A DNA stretch of 62,960 bases, the filler included, from Sphacelaria rigidula (lineage: Eukaryota), in the NCBI GenBank assembly GCA_964200075.2. It is 11 parts of 11 records of this genome, joined end to end, with 100 filler letters (N's around TTAATTAATTAA, not from the genome) between each part and the next. Parts side by side here need not be neighbours in the genome. Positions count along the whole stretch, not along the records: positions 34,399 to 40,031 come from CAXNAA020025707.1; positions 40,132 to 45,764 come from CAXNAA020025708.1; positions 45,865 to 51,496 come from CAXNAA020025709.1; 8 more parts are not named here. One strand, 5' to 3'. Position 1 is the first letter of the stretch, and every line of letters starts with the position of its first letter. Below are positions 38,301-49,233 of the stretch, in pieces. The notes beneath the pieces were generated by a model. The model was not told the origin of the DNA. It saw only the letters and a program-made list of their open reading frames with translations, and ran no database searches. The translations under genes and the position numbers were made by a program.

Positions 38301-39030
38301 ATATTGTGCATGAACATATGCATGGTGGCAAACATGGACTTCACCGAGTATCTCTCGACGTCACATTACTGCAATCACCATTTGTCGATGCGTACCCGGT
38401 CAACCACCAAATCACAGCTCGGTGAGACAAGAAAAAACGCACACTTCGCGTATCCAGCTTTGAGCTGGAGTCAAGTATACAAGAGCATATAGGAGGGACA
38501 GCGAAATCTATATTCCTCGCAAAGCTACTACCGGTAACCTCTGCGATGGGGAAATTCAGTCATGAGGTATATTTGACAGTATTCGATGCTGATCTGGTCC
38601 GTCACAAGGGGCTCAGCAAAAAGCGCAAACTTCAGTATGCAGCACTGGACTGCCCTTGCATGAGCAAGGGAGCCTTCAGAAACGGCGGAAGTTGTGTTTT
38701 CATCACAGCCACGGTTTTCACCATCAGGCACCTAGCAAGCTGCATCGAGCAGTCTCTCAACAAAACGCTTCTACACCCACCATTTCCATCGTATGTCCGA
38801 GTACAGGTGCGATTTTTTCCTCTACCGAGCACTGCTGTGCTGGCCATGAACAAGCGAATGAATGACGTAGAAACGGCTAAAGCGGTGTTATCCAGCCAGC
38901 TACCGTACACCAATACGCGTTCCCTAGACACGGTCTTTTAGTAAAAATTGAGGTCCTCTTTTTGGAGAGTCTCTGGCCGGCCATCCTAGCTCCGGAGAAA
39001 AGCGCAAAAACTTCGGTATAAAGCCACAAA
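35350..39030 (+). repeat. Hierarchical tandem array (~125-bp conserved core x6, ~190-bp basic unit, ~760-bp higher-order unit); probable decayed repeat-protein gene
   Basis: Core GCTCAGCAAAAAAGCGCAAACTTC..TATGCAGCACTGGGCTG..GCCTTCAGAAACGGCGGAAGTTGTGTT in units starting at 35541, 36436, 36831, 37193, 37596, 38588; spacers alternate A,A,B,A,B. Confidence 0.9.
35813..35930 (+). mobile_element. 5'-truncated SINE S1 inserted in the array
   Basis: Ends GGGACAC(CA)n; flanked by CACTGA/CGCTGA; sister units show the empty site AGCACTGAGCTACTC. Confidence 0.85.
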
Positions 39031-40393
39031 AGCTTACCTGTAAATTCTCAAGATGCCGAAAATCTCAGCATCACGTTTTGAACTGCTGACGCGTCCTGTA
39101 CAGTACTGTATTGTGCTGTATTTTTTTTGCTGTCACACTTGAAAACCCTCCCCCGCCTCGGGACGGGTTTCCAGTCAGCAGGAATCAACCAATTTCACCC
39201 CCGGAGCAACCCTCACAGTTCGGTGTCGTCACGGATTGGATTGGCACTCGAGCACCGCACCGACTAATGGTCATCGGTTCAATAACCTCAGTCAACAATA
39301 CCCTTCTTGATACTCGAGTCTTCTTGTTTTCATTCTCGGAAATCAGGCACTGCGAGAATAAAAGGCGGACCTGACGCATCTGGTGTAAATTGGACAAGCG
39401 TTTCCCACGATGAAATGGCGTTACAGTACAGTGTTGTTTCTCTTCAATATTATGGAGGCATTGTACTGAAATTAAAATTCATCATCCGCGGCGTCAATCA
39501 GAGCGGGTCATACTCGAAGGCCTAAAATATGTCGAGCCTAGAGGGGGCGGACGTCCTTGGAAGAGAGGTCTCCACATCAGCACGGATACCTGGCGCTACA
39601 GACCAGCTTTCGCGCGTTTGACAGTCGGATGGGAAAGGATGCTCATCACTACAAATGTAGAAGGCGTTCGTTGCACGATATATATTCGCGCAATGATATA
39701 CCCGACGAAGTTGACACCGTGTGTTCCTAGTGTCAGTACAACGAGTACTGTAGAACTGACTGTATGATGCGAGCCGCGCCTCGACAGGGCTAGAATACCC
39801 GCGATCCATTCGTGAAAAAAAATTGCAACTCGCACTGTCATACTCTGGAAGCAAGTAAAAACTCTGCACAAGGATGATCACGCTGATGCCCCCCGCTGAT
39901 GCTGCAGAGACGACGCCACGGCGAACATGTCGTTGTTGTTGTTGTCGTTGTCCTCACATTAAAAACCGTTCCAATATCTGTGCGGTACATTCGTACTGGG
40001 CATCTGATGCGGACGCCTGCCGTGGTCACAGNNNNNNNNNNNNNNNNNNNNNNNNNNNNNNNNNNNNNNNNNNNNTTAATTAATTAANNNNNNNNNNNNN
40101 NNNNNNNNNNNNNNNNNNNNNNNNNNNNNNNATACGATATAGAACGACGACTAGACAAGAAGAAAAAAAAAGAAAGGCAAAGGGCGAAACTTTAAAATGA
40201 AACAAAAAAAAAAAAAGTAACGTGACGCAGACATACCACACACTGTTTTCACTATTCCATCAGTGCGAAAACATCCAGCATGTCATTCCCTGGACCAGAG
40301 CGATCCCGCACAACCAAAACACGCAATAACCCCCACCCCCACTGGAGTATGACACGAACACATTGGAGTATGACAAACACACGAAAATCTTAC

Positions 40394-40625
40394 CGGCGGC
40401 CCCTTCCTCGCTTTCCTAAATACCCCTTTGCTCGCTTTCCAAAACTCTCCGCCCGGAGTCCGAGGCGGAGCGTTTGACACCATAGACGGAGCCTCACCTA
40501 CGCCCCCTAGCCCCGCGCTACCCAAGAGCTGTCTCCCGCTTCCGGCACCTGCCCACGCAATCCATTCCGCCCGATCCGCAGCGTCAGTCAACGTGTACCA
40601 ACGCATTTTGTTCTTGTTACTTGGC
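40394..40625 (-). CDS. Hypothetical multi-TM protein, internal exon
   Basis: TAG acceptor, strong donor GTAAGA, phase 2 to 0; PSNKNKMRWYTLTDAADRAEWIAW...FRKARKGPP. Confidence 0.6.
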
Positions 40626-40934
40626 CTACAACCCTTTTTGGAACCGTCGATGGAAAAATGACGATTTACAATTGACGTTTTCTTGGGCAACATGTGGTTG
40701 TTTTTCTGCAACTGATGATGATGCAGTCCACCAAAACGATGCGCACCACTCTAAGTTCAAGTATATTCGTGTGACAGATTTGTGCACCAGACTGGAAGTG
40801 ACAGTTTTTTCCCGTGACGAAAGCTTTGAAGCTGTACATAGAAGTTTGTACTGCTTCTCGGTGAGTTCCAAACGGGTTTAACGTACAGATGGACGCTCCT
40901 GCATTTGAGGATCTGAGGAGCTTCGCAGCGTCAC

Positions 40935-41147
40935 CTCTCGTCTGCGTGTCGTTCTCCACGCCCGCTGCTTCGTCGGGAACTACAGTACGTTGCTATTAAT
41001 ACGCCAGCAATCACCATGGACACCATCGGCAGCAACATGAAGACAAGGCGGATATATGAAGACGAGATAAGAGAGGTGAGACAGTGTAGAGCGCTACAGA
41101 CAAGACATACAGCGAAGATGGCTAGGGTGGGATGAAACTCGACCAGG
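40935..41147 (-). CDS. Same gene, exon with two hydrophobic segments
   Basis: CAG acceptor, donor GTGACG, phase 2 to 2; LVEFHPTLAIFAVCLVCSALHCL...LVFMLLPMVSMVIAGVLIATY. Confidence 0.6.
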
Positions 41148-41522
41148 CTGGATTTGCAGGGTATTTGAATTAAACGGTGTACCGGGGTACTCAGGGTGCG
41201 CAGGGTATCGACCACCGAAAGTAAGAAGTACATGGAAGTACAAGAACGCGGTATTCAGATTCTCATTCATACAACAAAACAAAAAAAAGAGACGGTGGGA
41301 CATCTTGCTGGATCGAATTTCGTAAAGCTGCCCACTGTTTTAAATACGGGGCTGTTCTTTTCAGACTTCTCAGACATTTTCTGAGAAGAAAAAAAAAAAT
41401 CTCCGGCGAATGTGACAACAGATTCCACATCTAGGACAAGGAACACAACAATCTCAGACTGGCTATACATTACTCGGAAAATCTAGCTATGAAATTGTTT
41501 TTCAGCATTACAGGGTACGTAC

Positions 41523-41712
41523 GTCAGGGTAAACTGCCGAGAATACTCGGTGTTCATCCAGGGTGCCAACGGGTAAATGAACATAGATGAATAAGATGAA
41601 CACAAATTGACCAAAAACAACACCGCGAGACCGCACTTCGGAACAATAACGCCAGCTGTCCTAAATGCCAGCAATCCCGACACCATACGCACAGCTGAGC
41701 AGCTCTCCTCTC
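41523..41712 (-). CDS. Same gene, upstream exon
   Basis: Acceptor TTGTTTTCAAG, donor GTACGT; the only open frame is phase 1 to 2: EESCSAVRMVSGLL...GLAVLFLVNLCSSYSSMFIYPLAPW. Confidence 0.55.
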
Positions 41713-41824
41713 CTTGAAAACAACGCCTTTGATGAAACAATTCCGTATATATATATATATATATAAACACACATAGCCGTGGCCTCAACTATCTAACTTG
41801 TGTAGAACGGTGTTTGTGACTGTC

Positions 41825-42021
41825 GCCATTATCATTATTATTGTATCATTATTGTTAATATAATGTTAATACCATTACTGTTTTATTACTATTATCATCA
41901 TTGTTGTCATCATCACTATTTTTATCATGCTCATGCTTATCCTCATCATTCTCATTGTTATTCTCATCATAGTATTTTTATTTTCACACATTAGCCCGAT
42001 CTCTCGAACCCGTGGTCACAG
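41825..42021 (-). mobile_element. Non-LTR retroposon 3' end with trinucleotide tail (minus orientation)
   Basis: CACATTAG..CGATCTCTCGAACCCGTGGTCAC preceded by (ATT/ATC)n; same motif at ~2715, ~35005, ~55633. Confidence 0.5.
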
Positions 42022-42285
42022 GTTAAAAAACTGCTTGTCGCATATCCTTCAGCGGTCGATCCGGCCGGATCGATCCGGGAACCTCGGACCCTGGGGGCTA
42101 CTGCTACTTGAAGAAACGCGTCGATGGCGGCGAGGAGACCGACCACAGCAGTCTATCGACATCAGGGTAGCATGTACGTACGTACAGCTCTCCCGAGAGG
42201 AAGTATAGAAACGGGAAGAAACAGAACACGGAAAAAGAGCTGCCAACATCAATACAAGGAATAAACATTGAGAAGCAAAACGAAC

Positions 42286-42406
42286 CAGGTGCACGAGCTC
42301 CAGTGGAAGATGACCGCGTGTGCGTGCCGAGGGGCGCGAAGCGGGTCGAGTCCTGACTCCATTTTTCCCACTGAGGGACGCCCTTGGGATGCTCCAGAAA
42401 ACGGAG
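42286..42406 (-). CDS. Candidate further upstream exon of the multi-TM gene
   Basis: AAG acceptor, donor GTTCGT; the phase 0 to 1 reading LRFLEHPKGVPQWEKW...GARAP joins the 41712 exon. Additional candidates near 42926-43040 and 43290-43346. Confidence 0.4.
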
Positions 42407-43461
42407 CTTTTTCGGAGAAGTGAAACAAACACACAGGGACACACACACACACACACACAAGCACGCACAATAAGTCGTTCCAAATTCAATTTACGAGCAA
42501 GCAAACCTATTTTCCTGATTTATATGTAATGAGGGTGGAAACAAATATACATTTAGCTGGAACAAAAAGTGGGGGCATACAGGGGACGAACACGCAAACA
42601 TACACACACACGAAGAAGCGCACAGAGATCTCGTGAGCAACGCTAGATCCATGGGGGGGGGGGGGGGGTCAGTTTTTGTACGACAATCAACCAAGGCATT
42701 GCCATCAACAAATCAGGATGACACACAACGAGAGAGACAGAAAGACAGAGAGAGAGACAGAGAGAAAGGAAGAGAGGTCGAGACAGAGACAGACAGACAA
42801 GACATGCAGGCACAGACCAGACACACAGAGAGAGACAGTCAGACACAGACAAAAACAAAGACAAAAAGACAAGAGACAGAGATACAGACACAGAGCACAC
42901 GAGCACACGAGCACGGCCTTTGCACCTGTAACCCCCGAGCAGCAGCGAACGTTTTTCGGGATCTCGTTGTTCTGCAAAGACGGTCGTTCCGTGGATAGAC
43001 GTCACGTAACAGGCGTCTCCCGCAGCGTACACGGACTCGGGGCTAGTGACTAGTGCTCAGCTATCAAGTGGTTGTGACACATGATATCACGTCAAGGGGA
43101 TGATGCAAGACTTCAAGAAAGGGCAGGGCCAAAATCGGGGGGACAATGGTCCTAATCTCCTCCCCTTCCTCGGGACAAGGGGGAGTGCACGGCCTCAAGC
43201 GATCGCCCCATCTCTACCCCGGTACACGCCTCGCATGTCGACATTGCGGACTAGATCCGCACTTCTCCCGTAACCGCGCCGACTCTCACCATACATATAT
43301 GCTTTTGCTACTACCCACGTCCTCACAGTGTCAACGACGGTACCCTGAAGTAAAAAAATAAAAATAAAGACATTTGCCGGGAATCGGAACTCGCATTTTT
43401 CTCCCAGCTGATGGGGTAAGTTTTGCCATTGGGCCACAAGATCACCGGAGCGTCATTCTTA

Positions 43462-44482
43462 GGTCTGTGAACTGGACCAGTTAATACTGTCGGTGGAACT
43501 GAAACTGGAGTTCAACGGGAACTGGCGACGACGGCGCCAATTTATCCAGTTCATTGAGATTTACCGGTTATTTATATCCCAATTTTAGTATAGGGAGTTT
43601 GTTACAAAGATGCTTACACCATTATAAACGATTTGACTACGATTGAGGCCTGTATTTCACAGTTGCAGAGGAATGTGGCGTATCAATTGAGGCGGAGGGC
43701 GCTGCGAAGGCGTCGACGGAAATTCTTTGCGGCAATGACGCGTGAAGCAGCAGTGCCCAGCTTCATGCTTCGTCTCCGTGTTTCCGTCGACTTGTACAAC
43801 ATAAGTCTGGCGTTCTGTGGTAGAATCATCGCACATGAAAAACGGGTTTGCCCTGGGCCAGTCTCTGGCTGACTTCTTCAGGTGTTTTCTGCTATATCTT
43901 ATGATAGCGGATATACGACAAGGCTTGTCGTTTCGTTGTACATCCGAAGACAAAAACAAAAAAACGGTGACCCGCGACCACAAAATACTAAATATACCAT
44001 GGCTTGCTGTTCCAACTACGTGCGTATTTGTCGGCCCGGACGTGAATAATTTCACGCTCTTATCTCGACGTCCTGCCAGCCTTGCCCTCCTTGTTCCCAT
44101 CTTCCGCTCCTCACGGAGAGTCTCTTCTGTTGCATGCTACAGATGGACGACTTCTAATCGCTCACCGCTTGAAATGGGATATTTATGCTATCTAAGCCTC
44201 TCATTATAGCTCTGCAAGGTGAGGGGTCACATTTTCTACAACTATCCCCATTTTTGAAGGGAAAACAAGCCAGATACCGCAATTTTGCTTTCCTCCGGCG
44301 GCACTCCCGCGAGGCCCCCTCACCAGCCGGGGGCGGCGGACGTTGGGACTCGCGGCCTCGCCGCTCGCCGCCGATGTTTTCCCACTCAATCGGTGAAGCC
44401 CATTGACTGGAGAACCATCGATGTACTGGGCGCGCCATCAGCCAGATTCAACTTAAGTGGCCAGAGCTGCCAGGTCACAGCC
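43462..44482 (+). mobile_element. Internally deleted PIF/Harbinger element with transposase relic
   Basis: TTA|GGTCTGTGAACTGG ... CCAGGTCACAGCC|TTA; relic motifs SFRCT..LNIP..FTLLSRRPAS and IALQGEGSH...FLKGK resemble a DDE_Tnp_4-type N-terminal half. Confidence 0.6.
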
Positions 44483-44735
44483 TTAGGAATCCTTCATTTT
44501 TCCATCCTTCGAACCTCTCCGCTTTCTCGGGCCGAGGCCGTCGTCTCAAGGGATCAACCCACCTATCTCTTCACGGTACATAACTTGCACTTTCATCTCG
44601 CGGACTGGAGAAGCAATCCCGCACCGCGTCACCCCTCGTCAAACAAATCCAGCCAGGTCCTCTTTTTGTCCAGTCACATACACGTACCGGCTTCCGACGG
44701 TGGAAATCAGATACTAAAAGCATAAAAATATGAAA

Positions 44736-44817
44736 GCATCTGGCAGGAATCGAACCCACGTTCTCTTCATCCCTAGTGGCATCAGTCGGACCATTTTATT
44801 TTAGGCCACCTGGGCGC
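44736..44817 (-). mobile_element. tRNA-derived SINE head
   Basis: Minus strand has TGGCC...TGG (A-box-like) and GGTTCGATTCC (B-box) but no clean cloverleaf; related heads near 24090-24135, 43370-43445 and 44880-44945. Confidence 0.45.
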
Positions 44818-45905
44818 TTCGGCGAAATATGTAGCTTGCAAGCTCACAATACGTTGCCGCCGTATCCCGGGGGGGGGGAGGTAATGGTCGAACCGACCAC
44901 CATTACGGTGGAAAGAACTCGAGTTCGATTTCTGCCAGATTCGATTGGTATTTTTGGTTCAAGTATCTGACCTATATCGTTGGAAGCGCGGGGACGTGAG
45001 TAGTAAACAAAAGACTGACTTGAATTTGTTTGACGAGAGTCGGCGCGGTCCAGCAGTGCTGATGATCATGATCCAATCCGCGAGACCAAAAATGTAAGGA
45101 GGCGTGTACCGTGGGAGAGATGGGTCGATCCCCCTGAGATCACGGACTCATCTCGAGAAAGGGGAAGGGATGAAAGCGTGACGAAAATTAAACCCGCGCG
45201 CCCCCGTGGTCATTTAGTACGTGGTCGGCCGTGCTGTTGTGAATCCCGACAGCGATGCTGCACTTTACTGGTTTCCGTCGTGGAAAGCGTGAGAATGCGG
45301 GTTACTCAAAGACTCGATGAAAGTCGACCGTTTGCAGCAGTAGTCATCTTCCAATGGTAAATAATGAAGTGCGAGGCAGGCACCGGGGGATACGGATTGA
45401 TCCCTGATACCACAGACTCATGTTGCAAAAGAGCGGGTTAAATGTGCTAGAAAAAAGAAGAAAAACGCCGATGCACGCCAGTGGTAAAACTATCATATGA
45501 CACCAACACGATTTTCGGCAGATCTCATGCGATCGCTGACTCTAAAAAACACATCACATTTTTTGTTTTTTCGTACCCGTTTGTTCCGAAAACGTAGGAT
45601 AACGTGCAATTGGCAAAAAATATATATAATGAAAATTGAAGACGTACTATGAGAGTGCCAATCCAGTGTCCGATGAAAAGTTGCGATACAAGCATGAGGG
45701 GGGAGGGGGCGTACTCATTTGTTGCTTGCCTTAGTCATTTGACCATTGACCACGCATCCCTTTCNNNNNNNNNNNNNNNNNNNNNNNNNNNNNNNNNNNN
45801 NNNNNNNNTTAATTAATTAANNNNNNNNNNNNNNNNNNNNNNNNNNNNNNNNNNNNNNNNNNNNGGCGGGGGGGTTTGGTGGGGGGGGGAGAGAAGGCAG
45901 CGGGT

Positions 45906-45938
<33 letters not shown>

Positions 45939-46169
45939 GGGGGCGGGGGGGGGAGGATAGACCCGCCAATAATTTTTCTCAATGAAAGTTGGTTACGGGA
46001 TGAAACCTGAATGGAATACTGAGTCGGGTAAAGCCCAACAAACCACAAAAAGATGAGACTGCCCATCAGGTCGCTACGACAGCACTCCTGCTCTGTAAAC
46101 ATGTTTTGCCTCTTCTTATCTCGACCCCGATGCGTTACTCGTACAGTAACGTTCGACGCGTCTGTACTA

Positions 46170-46502
46170 CACACGCGTCCATTTGGCTACCTCCAAATTT
46201 CCTCCAGGTGGGTAAACGTTTCGAGCCTTGCAGAGGAATGAAGCGCCTCCAGAGGGTGCGCGGCCCTCAAGAGGAGATTTTTTTGTTTCCTCCAGAGGGA
46301 TTATACGCCTCCGGAAGCTTATTGTTGCCTCTGGAGGGCCGCGCACACCCACAAATTCCTCCGGAGGGGTGCGTGGCCCTTCACGTCGCCAGTGTTTGGT
46401 TTCCTCCAGAGGGATTGAAGGTCTCTGCAGGCTTGTTTTCCCTCTGGAGGGCCGCGCATCCCTCCGGAGGCGTTTAGGGGGGTAGCCAAATGGCCGCGTG
46501 TG
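46170..46502. mobile_element. Tc1/mariner-type MITE, TA TSD
   Basis: TA|CACACGCGTCCATTTGGCTACC ... GGTAGCCAAATGGCCGCGTGTG|TA; internal CCTCCGGAGG palindromes. Confidence 0.88.
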
Positions 46503-47272
46503 TATCTTTGGTGCCGACGACGTGTCTCACCATTGTTTTTGGCTAGCGAGAATGAGCGGCGGAATCGTGAATATTCGGTCGGACAAGCCCAGGTTATTTC
46601 TATGTTCCGAATTGCTTCACTTTAATTTCCTAATTTTCGCGCTTCCTACCGAGAAGGTTGAAAAAAAAAAACGCTAATTTTTGGCCTTTTCGATCGAAAT
46701 TGTGGCGCAAAAACGGTCGCACCAATCAGACAGATGATAGTCTAACGCTTGTGATGTGCCAACGTTAGAAACGCGTGCTCGATATTTTCATGCATGCTCC
46801 AGCATCTACACACGCTCAGGCGCAACCCCTGGCTCGTTCAGAGGTATAGTAGCCACACCCCAGCGCAGTACGCCGCACTCTTGGGTGGGATATTGGCCAA
46901 GCAGCGGCCATCACCGTGAATGTTTGTCGCGATTTTCGCAAATACATCTGTGTGAAGTGACCCATCTGCACAACAAGAACAGACGATGCTGCGTCAGCAC
47001 TTAACGTATCTGACACAAAATCAAGCATGCAATCAAAGGCCGCTGTGAGGGCTACGGTCCGCGTCATCTATCAGGCGCTACGTCGGGCGCGGTGTACGTC
47101 GTGGGTATCGCGTTAACAGCTTCAAGGTAGGGGACGTTACTCGCCGTTGATTGCTAACGTCCACCGCATTTCTTCGCGGTAGACTTCCAAACTCGCTCGG
47201 ACTTGAACACTCCAAATGAACCAATTTGTTCCAAATCAATTTCGCCGCCTTTTGTTGACCTTTGCTCCCTAA

Positions 47273-47747
47273 GACCATATTTTGTGGCAACGAAGCTCGA
47301 TTTGTACAAATATGACGATTTCGGTCCCGTCTGAAGGCGATTTTCTCCCGTTGATTGATTTTCGGACCCCAGTCCGTTGGGCACTGTTTTTCGGTTAGCT
47401 GTGAAAAACCCCGATCAATTCTCCGATTCTCTGGACGTTCACTTTCAGGCTATCACCTTTCTGCTCAAATCGGAACACCCCGCATCTCCCCCGATTTTTT
47501 GAAAAAATCGGGAAAAGATCGGGGGAGATGCGGGAGTGTCCCGATTTGAGCAGAAAGTGATAGCCTGAACGTGAACGTCCAGGGAATCGGAGAATTGATC
47601 GGGTTCTCTCACAGCTAACCGAAAAGCATTGCCCGACATACTGGGGTCCGAAAAGTCATCAATGCACGGGAGAAAATCGCCTGTAGACAGACCGAAATCG
47701 CCATATTCGTACATATATATCGAGATTCGTTGCCATAAAACATGGTC
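47273..47747. mobile_element. 475-bp foldback element, arms ~220 bp (possible Harbinger-type, TAA/CAA flanks)
   Basis: GACCATATTTTGTGGCAACGAA.CTCGAT...GCATCTCCCCCGAT mirrored by ATCGGGGGAGATGC...ATCGAGATTCGTTGCCATAAAACATGGTC. Confidence 0.88.
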
Positions 47748-49131
47748 CAAGCTCAAAAATGCAATTCTTGTTTCTTGGAACCCAAACATGGCTTTTTCTG
47801 TCGCTCCTTCTTAGAGCCCCTTGCCTTCTCCGGGGAGTTTTTTGTGCGGGGGTAATTATTTTTCTCGAGGGAGCCCTTTCTTGCGCGGGGGTAGCTGAAG
47901 GCGGCGGGCCGGGTTGCCTAACTCCCTACTTGCTTGTGGGACGAAAGAACACCGCTAACCATATAATCAACAACTATTTAGGAGTGGGGGGGCGGCTGTC
48001 GGGTGGAGGGTGGGTAAAAAAATGGTTGGGCCCGAAAACATCTTCACAGGCTACATGAAAATAAGAAGCTGAAACAAAAAGAGTAGAGGCCGAAAGCGAA
48101 AACACACGGGCGCTCCAAAAATAAGGGACTCAAAAGTCGGATTTTAGGCCTAACAAACAAGAAAAAGCGGAGCCAATGGAGCAAAGGCCTCATACGTTCG
48201 TTGTTGGCTGCAAAGAAAGAAAAAAAATACACGCCCTTCGGAACGAACTCGAGCTGACTGTCGAGTACCTACTATCGGCACTGTGGACAGTATCGACAGT
48301 ATAATATCTGGATGTTCTCTACAGATTGAGGTATCAGCCCCCTCAGGCCTCACACATCACGGCTCCTGGACTGCAGTTGACATGACCCCACGATGTACGC
48401 CGTGCATCTTATCGCACACGGCATTATCGTGTACTGTACTGATGAAGTGTCCTGCACTGTATTACCCTAGGGTATCAAGGTACGACACAATACTCGAAGG
48501 ATTGTTTACCTGCCTGCTCTTTGGCTTCATGCACGAGTACGCAGTACCACACTCACGCAAAATATGACCATCTACCATCCGTTGGATTCAAGGGATATCC
48601 CCATCTTAAATCTGGGGAACTCGTCCCTCCCCTCAGCTTCGCCCATGATGACCTTCACCTGCATCGAGGGGCGACGGGACGTGTATTCTACTTGGTTTCG
48701 AGCGTGAGTGAAAGTTGCATAAGAGTTGACGCAGCTGATGTTCGTGTTTAAGCCTTCAGCAACACCCAAACAGTACGAAAAAAGACAGTAAGAGTAGTGG
48801 TAGTACCACGCAGTGCCTCAATAACAGCACGCGCCCAACAGAATATACCCCAAATGAGCAGTAGGAACCGGACCTTTACCCGCAACTACACCAACCCTCG
48901 TAACACGGGGAGGGGGGCTTGCTTGGCTTGCAGGGCCCGTTCGTCTGTCTGATGTAGCGCCGGAGGGTCATAAAGGGGTCATGAACGCACAGGATTGTCA
49001 TACTCAAAATGTCCGCTTGACAATCGGGCGAATTTACCATATTATCCGAAATCCGTGGGGTCTATTAAGGGTCAACAGAAAGAAAAACGCTTTTTTTTTG
49101 CAGAGGATAAGCACGCAACAGACGGACTAAC

Positions 49132-49233
49132 CTCCCATGATGTCTCCTTGGTGTTGTGATTGAGGTAGTACGTGCGGCCGGAGGGATCTTGAGTTGCAGT
49201 CCATCCAGGAGGTAACATCACCATGCTCAATAC
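49132..49233 (-). CDS. WW-domain exon (likely first coding exon, ATG at 49224)
   Basis: LPPGWTATQDPSGRTYYLNHNTKETSWE is a canonical WW motif; acceptor AAACAG, donor GTTAGT. Confidence 0.88.

Noticed and set aside
35541..38717. CRISPR interpretation of the repeat-spacer array
   Set aside because: Repeats (~125 bp) and spacers (~240-270 bp) are far too long, spacers are themselves repeated and homologous to the core, there are no cas genes, and the context is eukaryotic.
22591..40625. Joining exon 40394-40625 (RWYTL...GPP) to the MCTP-like exon to complete a C2 domain
   Set aside because: Different, unrelated scaffolds; the 40394 exon chains better with local TM exons.
44736..44817. tRNA gene
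   Set aside because: A/B boxes present but no valid cloverleaf or anticodon arm; treated as a SINE head.
47977..47995. Terminal exon PPPHS* giving a 36-aa WW-only microprotein
   Set aside because: Found by post hoc search in repeat-like sequence; no independent support.
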